Assembly: GCA_035280345.1 (NCBI GenBank)
Contig: DATEGA010000227.1
Location: 1-63,804 of the forward strand
DNA from: a bacterium
Lineage (GTDB): Bacteria; Sysuimicrobiota; Sysuimicrobiia; Sysuimicrobiales; Segetimicrobiaceae
Length of the DNA: 63,804 bases
Direction of reading: 5' to 3'
Below the pieces are notes generated by a model. The model made no database searches and had not been told where the DNA came from. It saw nothing but the letters and a program-made list of their open reading frames with translations. Positions within the stretch are counted from its first letter, which is position 1. Each line of letters opens with the position of its first letter. Position numbers and translations under genes: made by a program. Positions 29,761 to 38,492 of this stretch are shown piece by piece.

Positions 29761-29824
29761 GGGCTGGCGCCCACGCTCACTTCGAGTCGGCGTCCTACAA
29801 GTCCGGATGCTGCTCGAAACCGCG

Positions 29825-30598
29825 CTACCGGCCATAGCGCCTTTGCCGCTGTTGGTAGCTGCGCAGGGCCCTGAGAAAGTCGACCCGCCGGAATGCAGGC
29901 CAGTACACGTCGCAGAAGTAGTACTCACTATAGACGCTCTGCCACAGCAAAAACCCGCTCAACCGGATCTCGCCGCTCGTGCGGATGATCAGGTCCGGGT
30001 CGTCGTCGGCGCCGGCGTAGGTATGGCGCCCGATTTCATCCGGAGTGAGATGCGCGATCAAATCGTCGACGCTGATGCCCGGACGAAAGTGGGCGCGTAC
30101 CAGCGACCGGACGGCGTCGGCGATCTCCTGCCGCCCGTCGTATCCGACGGCGATGTTCAACAGACATCCGTCGTACGCGGCGGTAGCACGCTCCGCGCCG
30201 GCGATGGCCTGACGGAGCGACGCCGGGAGCAATTCCAAGTGGCCGACCGCGCGGATACGGCGCCGGCCGCGCGTGGTCGCCGGATGCACGGCCAGTTCGT
30301 TAATCTTCTGCTCGATGACGTCGAGCAGCGGCAGGACCTCGGCGGGGGCACGTTCCAGGTTTTCAATGGACAAAACCCACACCGTGACCTGCGGGATCCC
30401 GACTGTCCCGCACCATTCAAGAACGTGGTCGACTTTGTCGGCCCCGCGCCGGTAAACGTCGCGGCTCGTAAGGCCGGACTGCTGCGCGTAGCGACGATTC
30501 CCGTCCAGGATCAGCCCAACGTGTCGGGGCAGCGGGCCGCGATGCAACTGTGTGAGTAGCCGGCCCTCGTATAGCGCATACAACAGACGGAAGAGCAT
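29825..30598 (-). CDS. uppS: cis-prenyltransferase (undecaprenyl/Z-isoprenyl diphosphate synthase family)
   Basis: ORF 29825..30598. GLILDGNRRYA, NIAVGYDGRQEI, IRTSGEIRLSGFLLWQ motifs. Confidence 0.85.
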   Translation of the reverse strand: MLFRLLYALYEGRLLTQLHRGPLPRHVGLILDGNRRYAQQSGLTSRDVYRRGADKVDHVLEWCGTVGIPQVTVWVLSIENLERAPAEVLPLLDVIEQKINELAVHPATTRGRRRIRAVGHLELLPASLRQAIAGAERATAAYDGCLLNIAVGYDGRQEIADAVRSLVRAHFRPGISVDDLIAHLTPDEIGRHTYAGADDDPDLIIRTSGEIRLSGFLLWQSVYSEYYFCDVYWPAFRRVDFLRALRSYQQRQRRYGR

Positions 30599-30715
30599 CG
30601 GTCAAATGGTGAGCAGCGTACGCCTCATGTCATTGCGGATCATCATCGACATACAGCCGAAGCCGCGCCCTCAGCGTCGCAGTCAATCCTATGGTACCTG
30701 TTTCGGCGCGGCACC

Positions 30716-33124
30716 TCACCTCGCGTGTGGCTTACGAAACCGATCCAGCACATGTTCCGCTATCCTCGATGGCGCGATCATCACGACGTGATCGCCGATC
30801 TCCAGCCGGGCATCGCCCTTCGGGACGAAGAGCACGTTTCCACGGCGGATGGCCACCAGCAGGATGCCTTTTTCGAGGCCGAGGTCACGCACGAATTTCC
30901 CCTCGACCGCCGACCCGCTGGTGACCGTGGGCTCTAACACCACCGAGTTCCGCGGCGATTGAGACAGCAGAGCTTCGATCGCGACATCCCGAGGCGCGGT
31001 CTCGTCGCTTGCCGTAGGACGCACCGGCGGCGGCTGGTCCATGCCAACCGCGTCGACGATCGTCTCCGCGTCCTCGGCCGGCACGAGGATGGCGAGCCGG
31101 TCGCCTTTCTGCAGTCGGGTGTCTCCGGTCGGGACGACGCTCGTTCCGTCTCGACGGATCGCGAGCAACAACGCGGCGGGCGGCCAAGGGATGTCGCGGA
31201 CCCGCTGTCCGGCAGGCGCTTGGTCGCGCGTCAGCTGCAGATCGATCACACGGTAACCGCGCAGGATCGCGGGCCTCGGGGCCGTACCCGCGGCAGGCGC
31301 CACAGCCTGCCGCCGTTGCTCGACTTGCGCGACCCCGCTCTCGAGCCGTTCGTTGTAGGCGCGGAGCACGTCACGGTGGGTGACCCATCCGATGACGCGC
31401 CGGGCGTCCGGATCGAGAACCGGCAATCCCGAGGCGTCGTGGCGGACGAGCAGCCCGAGCGCCTGCTCGAGGCTTTGCCGGGGGCTCAAGACCGGCGTCT
31501 CCTTGGCGAGATCACGGGCCGTGGCGTCCAACGCATTGTCGCGCATCGCCTGTTCAACCTGACGCGCGGTAACAGTTCCCTCAAACGCCGCCCGTTCGTC
31601 CACAACCGGCAGGGCATCCCAACCTTCGTCCGTGAAGCGAGTGATCATCTCATTCAGCGCCACATCCTCAGCGAGGGGTAGCGGCACCGGCTGCATGGCG
31701 TCTTCCACCATGAGCACTTCCATCAAATTGGCCGCGCGCCCGCGGCGGATGTCGATGCCACGCCGCCTGAGCTTGAGGGTATAGATGCTCTCGCGCGTGA
31801 GGACAGTGCTCAGTCCCGTGGCCAGCACGACGGCGAACATCAGCGGCAGGATAATCCGATAATCGCCCGTGAGCTCGAAAATGATGAGCACCGACGTGAT
31901 CGGCGCCTGAGCCGCCGCGGCAAACACCGCGCCCATGCCGACGAGCCCGTAGGCGCCGGCCGGGCCGACGATCCCCGGCAGCAGATGCTGGAGGAACATG
32001 CCATAAGCGGTTCCCAACATCGCCCCCATGAACAGAGAGGGCGCGAATACCCCGCCCGAGCCTCCGATGCCGATGGTCAGGCTCGTCGCGGCGATCTTGC
32101 CGATCAGGAGCATCAGGAGAAACACGAGACCGTAGCCGCCCCGAATGGCCCCCTCGAGAACGGGATACCCGACCCCGTACATCTGTGGCAGCGCCAGCAA
32201 CAGCGCCCCAAGAACAACGCCGCCCACCGCTGGCCGCAGCCACTCGGGCCCCTTCCAGAGGCGGTCGAGAAGGTCTTCAGTGCCGTAGAGAACCCGCACA
32301 AACGTAAGCCCGACCGCCGTGGCGAGAACCCCGAGCCCCGCGTACAAGAGGTACTCCCACAGCGAGGAAAGGGCAAAAGCCGGCAGCTCGAGGAAGGGAT
32401 GCGACCCAAAGGCCGCCCGTCCCATGATGGCGGCGAGCACCGAGGCGAGGACGACGACACCGAACGATTCCACCTCGAAGTCCCGCAAGATGAGCTCCAG
32501 TCCAAAGAACACGCCGGCGATGGGCGCGTTGAACGTGGCTGAGATGCCCCCGGCCGCGCCGCACGCCACCAAAAGTCGCAGCCGCGATTCGGGAATCCGG
32601 ACCCACTGACCGAGGGTCGAACCGAGCGCCGATCCGATCTGCACGATCGGCCCCTCGCGGCCGACCGACCCGCCGGACCCGATGCAGAGCGCGGAGGCGA
32701 GAGACTTGATCACCGCGACCTGCGGCCGGATCCGGCCGCCGTGTTCGGCGACCGCGAGCATGACCTCCGGGACCCCGTGCCCGCGCGCCTCGCGGGCGAA
32801 CCGGTCGATGAGGATCCCGTAGATGAGGCCGCCGGCAACCGGCGCCAGCACGACGAACCAGATGCCGAGATGCGGCACCAGCGGATTGGGGACACGGCCC
32901 GCCGCGCTGTAGTCATCGTGGCCGGAGAAGAATCGGGTGAAGCCCAAGATGAGGTAGCGGAACACCACGGCGCCTGCACCGGCGCCCGCGCCGACGGCGA
33001 TCGCGAGCACGTACAATCCGTTGGGGCTGCCCCGCAGCCACTGGTACGCGCGCGTCAGCGGTTCCGCGGGGATCCAAAGAGTCGGCCAGAGCCGTCCCCG
33101 CGCAGCGTTCGGTTGACGGTTCAT
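30716..33124 (-). CDS. ClC-family chloride channel/antiporter with a CBS pair and two TrkA_C (RCK_C) domains
   Basis: ORF 30716..33124. GSGGSVGREGP and GGSGGVFAPS selectivity motifs. C-terminal CBS region and two RCK_C-like modules (GDRLAILV, GDHVVMIA). Confidence 0.85.
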   Translation of the reverse strand: MNRQPNAARGRLWPTLWIPAEPLTRAYQWLRGSPNGLYVLAIAVGAGAGAGAVVFRYLILGFTRFFSGHDDYSAAGRVPNPLVPHLGIWFVVLAPVAGGLIYGILIDRFAREARGHGVPEVMLAVAEHGGRIRPQVAVIKSLASALCIGSGGSVGREGPIVQIGSALGSTLGQWVRIPESRLRLLVACGAAGGISATFNAPIAGVFFGLELILRDFEVESFGVVVLASVLAAIMGRAAFGSHPFLELPAFALSSLWEYLLYAGLGVLATAVGLTFVRVLYGTEDLLDRLWKGPEWLRPAVGGVVLGALLLALPQMYGVGYPVLEGAIRGGYGLVFLLMLLIGKIAATSLTIGIGGSGGVFAPSLFMGAMLGTAYGMFLQHLLPGIVGPAGAYGLVGMGAVFAAAAQAPITSVLIIFELTGDYRIILPLMFAVVLATGLSTVLTRESIYTLKLRRRGIDIRRGRAANLMEVLMVEDAMQPVPLPLAEDVALNEMITRFTDEGWDALPVVDERAAFEGTVTARQVEQAMRDNALDATARDLAKETPVLSPRQSLEQALGLLVRHDASGLPVLDPDARRVIGWVTHRDVLRAYNERLESGVAQVEQRRQAVAPAAGTAPRPAILRGYRVIDLQLTRDQAPAGQRVRDIPWPPAALLLAIRRDGTSVVPTGDTRLQKGDRLAILVPAEDAETIVDAVGMDQPPPVRPTASDETAPRDVAIEALLSQSPRNSVVLEPTVTSGSAVEGKFVRDLGLEKGILLVAIRRGNVLFVPKGDARLEIGDHVVMIAPSRIAEHVLDRFRKPHAR

Positions 33125-33717
33125 GAACCGGCCAGTCCCTCCAGGAGCAGATCAAGGGCCCGCCGGATGTTAGGCCACCGGAACCCTGCCGGATCGAGCC
33201 CCGCGTGAAGGGCCAGGCCGTCCCCGAGGGCCAGCAACACGGCGGCGAAGGCGTTGGCCGGGATGTCGACGAGTTCGCCGGCCGCGATCGCCGCGCCGAT
33301 CCAGCCGCGCAGCACTTCCCGGCGGTGCCGGACGCTCGTCGAAAATCGCAGCCGGACCACTCTTTCCGTCAACATGGCGGCCCACAGGTCCGCCCGGACC
33401 TGCACACGCGCCGGCTCCTCCCCGCGCTCGAGCATCGCGCGGGTGAAGCGCCGAAGACGCTCGACATTGGAGATCGCCGTCGCCCCGAGCCGTTCCATGA
33501 TCTGATCCAGAAAGGCGGCGTCTTCCTCGAGCAGCGCGAGTAACAGGGCCTGTTTGCTATCGAAGTATCCGTAGAACGCGCCCTTGCTCAGGTCGGCCTC
33601 GGCGCAGACCTCGTCCACCGTCAGGTCGCCGAAGCCCTTGCGGGCCGCGCACCGCCAAGCCGCCTCGATGATGTGCTGGCGCCGTTCGGTGCGGACGGCC
33701 GCCGTGATGCGCGGCAT
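33121..33717 (-). CDS. TetR/AcrR-family transcriptional regulator
   Basis: ORF 33121..33717. HTH region TVDEVCAEADLSKGAFYGYFDSKQALL. The stop overlaps the ClC start (ATGA). Confidence 0.85.
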   Translation of the reverse strand: MPRITAAVRTERRQHIIEAAWRCAARKGFGDLTVDEVCAEADLSKGAFYGYFDSKQALLLALLEEDAAFLDQIMERLGATAISNVERLRRFTRAMLERGEEPARVQVRADLWAAMLTERVVRLRFSTSVRHRREVLRGWIGAAIAAGELVDIPANAFAAVLLALGDGLALHAGLDPAGFRWPNIRRALDLLLEGLAGS

Positions 33718-33775
33718 CAGGACCTCCTTGGCTGGCCGGCGCGAGTCGCGCCGGCGAAGGATTCGATGTTCTGTT

Positions 33776-33795
33776 TAAACTGACCGGTCAGTTTA
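33776..33795. promoter_or_regulatory. perfect 20-bp palindrome TAAACTGACCGGTCAGTTTA, putative TetR operator
   Basis: Read directly. Lies 59 nt upstream of the TetR start codon. Confidence 0.6.
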
Positions 33796-33872
33796 TTATA
33801 CCGAGCGTCGACGCGACTCGCAATCCCGTAGAGGGCAGGATATCTCGGCCGAGCGTTGAACAATCAGAAAAG

Positions 33873-33888
33873 AACTGACCGGTCGGTT
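33873..33888. promoter_or_regulatory. second operator-like palindrome AACTGACCGGTCGGTT (one mismatch)
   Basis: Read directly. Lies 32 nt upstream of the ATG at 33920. Confidence 0.55.
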
Positions 33889-33919
33889 TTCAACGTCGCA
33901 CCCGAGAACACTGCGGAAT

Positions 33920-34432
33920 ATGAAGTATCTCGCATGCGCCGCAGTTCTTCTGATGGCGATGGGCGGGATCGCGCCAGGCACGGCCGCCTCCTCCCAGGAT
34001 CGGCGAATCGTACCCGGGCATTCGATTGGCCGCTTCTCCCTCGGAGAGGATATCGCCAGTCTCGTTGCGACGCTGGGTCTCCTTTACAGCGGCGAGGACC
34101 TTCCGAACAACAATTTCACAGGGTACTATTGGCCCTTCAAGCGGCTGGGCGCGGTGGCCGAGCGCAAGACCAACAAGATCGTGGCTCTCGCGATATCGCT
34201 AGATGACACGTACATGACAGACGGCGGCATCGGGCCGGGAGCCCGGTTCGATACGGTGCGGCGCATTTACGGGCCGGAGGACGCTGTTAATCAGGACCAG
34301 ACGGGCGACGTTCTCGTCTATGAAACCTTGGGCATCGCATTCGTCGTCGGGGACGTCGGCTCCTTAGAGGGCCGGGTCTCTGCCGTCTTCGTCTTCCTCC
34401 CTGGGCATTCCCATGACGTCTTCCCGCCGTGA
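33920..34432 (+). CDS. secreted protein with one degenerate IG-x-x-(R/S)LG module
   Basis: ORF 33920..34432. Signal peptide MKYLACAAVLLMAMGGIAPGTAA, then IVPGHSIGRFSLGEDI, which resembles the 13486 and 16734 proteins. Confidence 0.6.
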   Translation: MKYLACAAVLLMAMGGIAPGTAASSQDRRIVPGHSIGRFSLGEDIASLVATLGLLYSGEDLPNNNFTGYYWPFKRLGAVAERKTNKIVALAISLDDTYMTDGGIGPGARFDTVRRIYGPEDAVNQDQTGDVLVYETLGIAFVVGDVGSLEGRVSAVFVFLPGHSHDVFPP

Positions 34433-34595
34433 CGCTGCGCGCCATTCTCTTATGGTAGCTCGCGTCGGGGCTGGAGCTGTCTCCTGGGGCCTCGCCTCTT
34501 CCTTCGCTCCCGAGACGGCTCCCCCTAACAGCGTTGGGAATACAGATGGGGAAGCGATCGGACGGCGCCCGGAGCCGCATGCGACAAACATCGGC

Positions 34596-35558
34596 ATGAC
34601 GGCCCTCCACCGCCTGGGCCTTCGCGCCGCTCGACGGCGACTCGTACGATTGCCGCAAGAGGCGAAGGTGCCGGGCAAACTGCGCGCGCGCACCGCCAAG
34701 TTCACGCAAGCCGGCCGGTTTCTTGTCGCCCTGTATGACCACGCGCGTGGAGACGACATCTTCACCTTGGCCGCGTCGATTGCATATGCCGCGCTCCTGT
34801 CGGTCTTTCCGCTGCTCCTCGCGTTGATCGCGTTCATGGAACTATTCATCGCGCGCGGACACGCACAACAGACCGTGATGTATCTGCTCGCGCCGTACTT
34901 GCCTCCGTCCGCTCTCACCATGATCCGCCGCACCCTCGTCGCCGTGCGCCCGACAGCGGGTACGGGAGGTGCCGCAGCTCTGGTGGGCCTGCTGTGGAGC
35001 GCGACGGCGATCGCCAGCGCCGCGCGGCACAGCCTGAATCGCGTCCTGCGTGCCCGACGGCAGCGCGCGTTCTGGCATCGCAAGCTCGTGGAGCTGTCGA
35101 TGGTTCTGGTCGTGGGTATCTTCTTGGGTCTGTCGCTGCTCGCCAGTGCGATTGTCACACTGCCCGTCTTCCAGCCGCTGACCGCAGCCGTTCATTACCT
35201 TCTGAACACTCCGCTTGGCGCCGCGGTCGGATGGGTGAGCTCAGCCCTGTTTGCCTGGCTCGCGTTCCTGATCGTATATCGCTTCCTGCCGAGCGCGCGC
35301 GTGCAGCATGGCCGCTTACTCGTTGGCGGTCTCTGGGCCGTCGTTCTCTTTGAGGTGATCAAGAGCGGCTTCTTTTGGTACCTCCGCACGGCAGCAGGGT
35401 ATCCGGCGGTCTACGGCCCCGTAGTCGGTGTCGTCGTATTCATGATCTGGATCTACCTCGTGGCCTTTGTGTTGTTGATCGGAGCTGAAGTGATGGCAAC
35501 ACACGGGGGACGAGACGCCCCCGCCGTAGCCGCGGGGCAACAGGTTGGACACGGATGA
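34596..35558 (+). CDS. YihY/BrkB-family membrane protein
   Basis: Part of ORF 34413..35558. ATG at 34596. AASIAYAALLSVFPLLL motif and about 6 TM segments. Confidence 0.75.
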   Translation: MTALHRLGLRAARRRLVRLPQEAKVPGKLRARTAKFTQAGRFLVALYDHARGDDIFTLAASIAYAALLSVFPLLLALIAFMELFIARGHAQQTVMYLLAPYLPPSALTMIRRTLVAVRPTAGTGGAAALVGLLWSATAIASAARHSLNRVLRARRQRAFWHRKLVELSMVLVVGIFLGLSLLASAIVTLPVFQPLTAAVHYLLNTPLGAAVGWVSSALFAWLAFLIVYRFLPSARVQHGRLLVGGLWAVVLFEVIKSGFFWYLRTAAGYPAVYGPVVGVVVFMIWIYLVAFVLLIGAEVMATHGGRDAPAVAAGQQVGHG

Positions 35559-36037
35559 CCGCGACCCGCCGCCCAACAGGCATCTTGCGGTGGTTCTTTC
35601 GAGTCCCCGTGTCTCTGTATCGCTGGCACGGCGGATGGTTGCTAGGAAACCGTTTCCTGCTGCTAACCCACGTCGGGCGCCGCACCGGCGAGCGTCATCA
35701 GACCGTCTTGGAGGTCGCCGAGTATCGCCGTGAGGGCCCCGAAGCGGTTGTCATCAGCGCCTTCGGGCGCAGCGCCGATTGGCTTCGCAACATTCAGACA
35801 ACGCCGGGCCCGGAGGTCGTCATCGGTTTCCGCCGGTTCGTCGCCGCGCATCGTGTCCTCGGCGAGGAGGAAGCCGTAGGCGTGGTCACGGGATACGAGC
35901 GGCGCAATTGGTTCATGGCGCCGATTATCCGCTCGGTATTGAGCCGTTTCCTTGGTTGGCGGTACCGCGGGTCCGAGCCCGAACGCCGACGGCTCGTCGC
36001 GCAACTGCCGCTCATCGCGTTCCGCCCGCGACCGTGA
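35555..36037 (+). CDS. deazaflavin (F420)-dependent nitroreductase-family protein (Ddn/DUF385-like)
   Basis: ORF 35555..36037. LLLTHVGRRTGERHQTVLEV and SADWLRNIQ motifs. ATGA overlap with the upstream gene. Confidence 0.7.
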   Translation: MTATRRPTGILRWFFRVPVSLYRWHGGWLLGNRFLLLTHVGRRTGERHQTVLEVAEYRREGPEAVVISAFGRSADWLRNIQTTPGPEVVIGFRRFVAAHRVLGEEEAVGVVTGYERRNWFMAPIIRSVLSRFLGWRYRGSEPERRRLVAQLPLIAFRPRP

Positions 36038-36176
36038 ATCAGACCCCAGACCACAGCTGGCGGGTAGCCCTCCCGCGAGGCGCTGGGCCGATAATGAGCC
36101 CATTCCAATGCACTCCGACGTTTGAATTGTGCCGTCCGGCGTTAGGGTAAAGCGCAAACGAGTCGAGGAGAACTGA

Positions 36177-37208
36177 ATGACACCTACGACAAAGCACGCG
36201 TTCGCTGCTGCGTCCGCCTCCGTTGCACTCGTCGTCGCTGTCAAGGTTGCGGTGGCGGCCCCGGCGAATTTTCCGATTGTCCTGCTCCCCGCCAACACTC
36301 GCGTCGCCCTTCGTTTCCTCACGCCGCTCGACTCGGCGACGGCAACGCAAGGCGACGTCGTGGAGTTCGCCGTCGCGGCCAACGTTGTCTTTGGTCACTT
36401 TGTTCTGGTGCAGAAGAACGCACACGTGAACGGAGCGGTTGTCCGCGTGACGCCGCCGGGTCTGTTTGGCCGGAGCGCCGCCATTGTGATCGGTTACCTC
36501 GATGCTCCGACAACGGACGGAGGCGTCGTGCAGCTCAGGAACATCATCATTTCCCGCACGAGGGTCACGACGTCCGTGGAGGGCGCAGCGGCCGCCAGCC
36601 TAGCGGGCGCGGTCCTGCTCGGACCCGTCGGGCTGGTGGCGGGCGCGTTCGTGCGCGGCGGATCCGTCGAGGCCCCGACCGGTGCAATCACGTTTGGCAA
36701 CACGGGCGCGGCCGCGCCGGTAATGATACCCGTCGCCGCTGTACCCGTAGATTCGGGGACTCACTTAGGACTCAGGTTTGCGGCACCAATCGATTCGGCG
36801 ACCGCGGCCCCAGGAGATTTGGTCGCCTTGACCGTCGTTGGCGACGTCATCGTCGGTCATTTCGTCGTCATTCCCGCGGGAGCCCCGGCCGTCGGCTTGG
36901 TCCTGCGGGTCACGCGTCCCGGCCCGTACGGCACGAGCGCCGCCGTCCTTGTCGGGGCCCTTGTTGTGCGGGACGCCGACGGTCAAGCCCTGCCGCTTGA
37001 GAACGTTGTGATCTCGCGGGGACACATCAGCACGCTGCAGATTGCGGCCGCCACCGCCGAAGCGGCGGGCACGTACCTGCTCGGACAGGTAGGCACGCTG
37101 GTGGGGGCGCTGGTGCACGGAGGGGAAGTGCGCGCCCCGAGGGGGACGATCGTCGTGGACGCGACCGTCGAGCCGGCGATTGTCCGAATCCCTGATGTCT
37201 CGCCGTGA
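36177..37208 (+). CDS. secreted protein made of two homologous ~150-aa halves
   Basis: ORF 36177..37208. Signal-like N-terminus. Halves: RFLTPLDSATATQGDVVEFAV.../...RFAAPIDSATAAPGDLVALTV... Confidence 0.6.
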   Translation: MTPTTKHAFAAASASVALVVAVKVAVAAPANFPIVLLPANTRVALRFLTPLDSATATQGDVVEFAVAANVVFGHFVLVQKNAHVNGAVVRVTPPGLFGRSAAIVIGYLDAPTTDGGVVQLRNIIISRTRVTTSVEGAAAASLAGAVLLGPVGLVAGAFVRGGSVEAPTGAITFGNTGAAAPVMIPVAAVPVDSGTHLGLRFAAPIDSATAAPGDLVALTVVGDVIVGHFVVIPAGAPAVGLVLRVTRPGPYGTSAAVLVGALVVRDADGQALPLENVVISRGHISTLQIAAATAEAAGTYLLGQVGTLVGALVHGGEVRAPRGTIVVDATVEPAIVRIPDVSP

Positions 37209-37398
37209 GATCGACGACGCCGGCGCCCAACGGGAGACTAGCACCGTCACCTTGGATCAGACGAACGTGGATCGGTTCCCGCTTTCGACCACCTCCGAAG
37301 CACCAGCCAGAGCACCGCGTGTCGCGACGTGACGCTGAAGGGTCGTCGCCGGCGCAACTGATCAGTGAGGTCCCGGCCGGCCGCGTCGTATCGACAGA

Positions 37399-38160
37399 TC
37401 AGTCCAGGTCTCTCTCCGCAATGAACGCTCCGTGCCATACGTGATACCAGACCGCGCCCGTGTAGGCGTTTACGCTGAGCATGCCGATCGGGTGCCCATC
37501 CCTTGCGACGTCGATGGTGTAGTAGCCGGGAAACGTGATGGCTTCGTCGGTCCTAGTGCCCGGGAACTCGACATCGAGATACTGCTGCGCCCGGACCCTG
37601 GCCTGGGCAAGTGTCAGCGGCTGACCTCCGGATTGCACCGCCCCGGGGCCGCCGGAGCCGTAGCCCGGCCCCATCCCGTAGCCATAGCCGTATCCTCCGC
37701 CTCCGTACCCGGGCCTCATCATGCCGGGACCATAGCCGTAACCGCCCTGTCCCGGATCGTAGCCGGGGCCCATCATGCCGTAGGAGCCGGGACCGCCCCA
37801 CCCCGCCATGTGCCCGTACTTCGTGTTCCACATCATGCTCTGCGGCTCGGGACGGACGACGCCTGTGTAGCGATCGACCAGCAACTCGAAGGCGCCTTCA
37901 CCCGTCGCTTTGTCCTTAACCGCCACATAGAAATTGTTGGAGAACTCCATGATATGCATCAGGACGAGGCCGGGAATGCCGGACTGTGCGACCGCTTGAC
38001 GTGCGATCGCTTCAGCCCGCGCCATCGAGAGCGGCTGTCCGTTCACCGGCTGGGGTCCGTACATCCATCCCGGGCCGACCCCCGGCTGGGCCAGCGCTGG
38101 CAGCGCGAGTAACCCGGCCAACCCGGCGGTGATCAGCAACATCCATCCCTTAGACTTCAT
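37399..38160 (-). CDS. secreted protein with two PepSY-like domains and a Gly/Tyr/Met/Pro-rich linker
   Basis: ATG at 38160 follows GGGAGGA. Signal peptide MKSKGWMLLITAGLAGLLALPALA. Linker GPGSYGMMGPGYDPGQGGYGYGPGMMRPGYGGGGYGYGYGMGPGYGSGGPG. Confidence 0.65.
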   Translation of the reverse strand: MKSKGWMLLITAGLAGLLALPALAQPGVGPGWMYGPQPVNGQPLSMARAEAIARQAVAQSGIPGLVLMHIMEFSNNFYVAVKDKATGEGAFELLVDRYTGVVRPEPQSMMWNTKYGHMAGWGGPGSYGMMGPGYDPGQGGYGYGPGMMRPGYGGGGYGYGYGMGPGYGSGGPGAVQSGGQPLTLAQARVRAQQYLDVEFPGTRTDEAITFPGYYTIDVARDGHPIGMLSVNAYTGAVWYHVWHGAFIAERDLD

Positions 38161-38256
38161 GCGATCCTCCCATTCTCGTTTCTCGGGACGCACTCTGCGG
38201 CGGCTCACGCGATTCGCCCTCCGAAGCAAGCCCCGCGCTGTCGTCCCGGAGACGAA

Positions 38257-38311
38257 TCTATTCCGAGCGTAGCAGGGACCGGTGGCCGGCTCCATCGGAC
38301 CGGAGTCCGAT
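38257..38311. ncRNA. copy 2 of the conserved ~55-nt element with hairpin
   Basis: TCTATTCCGAGCGTAGCAG...CATCGGAC-cgga-GTCCGAT. It lies between the operator at 38340 and the PepSY start, so it would be in a 5' UTR if transcribed on the minus strand. Confidence 0.3.
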
Positions 38312-38339
38312 TCGGCCTCGGATCACCGCTCGAGTTTAA

Positions 38340-38359
38340 TAAACCGACCGGTCGGTTTA
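38340..38359. promoter_or_regulatory. perfect 20-bp palindrome TAAACCGACCGGTCGGTTTA, third TetR-operator-like site
   Basis: Read directly. Lies 180-200 nt upstream of the PepSY-protein ATG. Confidence 0.55.
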
Positions 38360-38492
38360 AACAACCAACACACAACGCTCGGGCAAGCTTCTCGCGGAGA
38401 GCGTACGGCGCAGGTTCCGGACGGTTACGCACGGCGATGGCGAGGCGCTTCACCACGCGCAGCGTGTCGGGCCATCGTCCGGTGCGCGCGCG

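Noticed and set aside
33125-33800. Fluoride riboswitch upstream of the ClC gene
   Set aside because: The ClC start overlaps the TetR stop, so there is no leader. I saw no fluoride-riboswitch-like sequence upstream of the TetR gene, only the palindromic operator.
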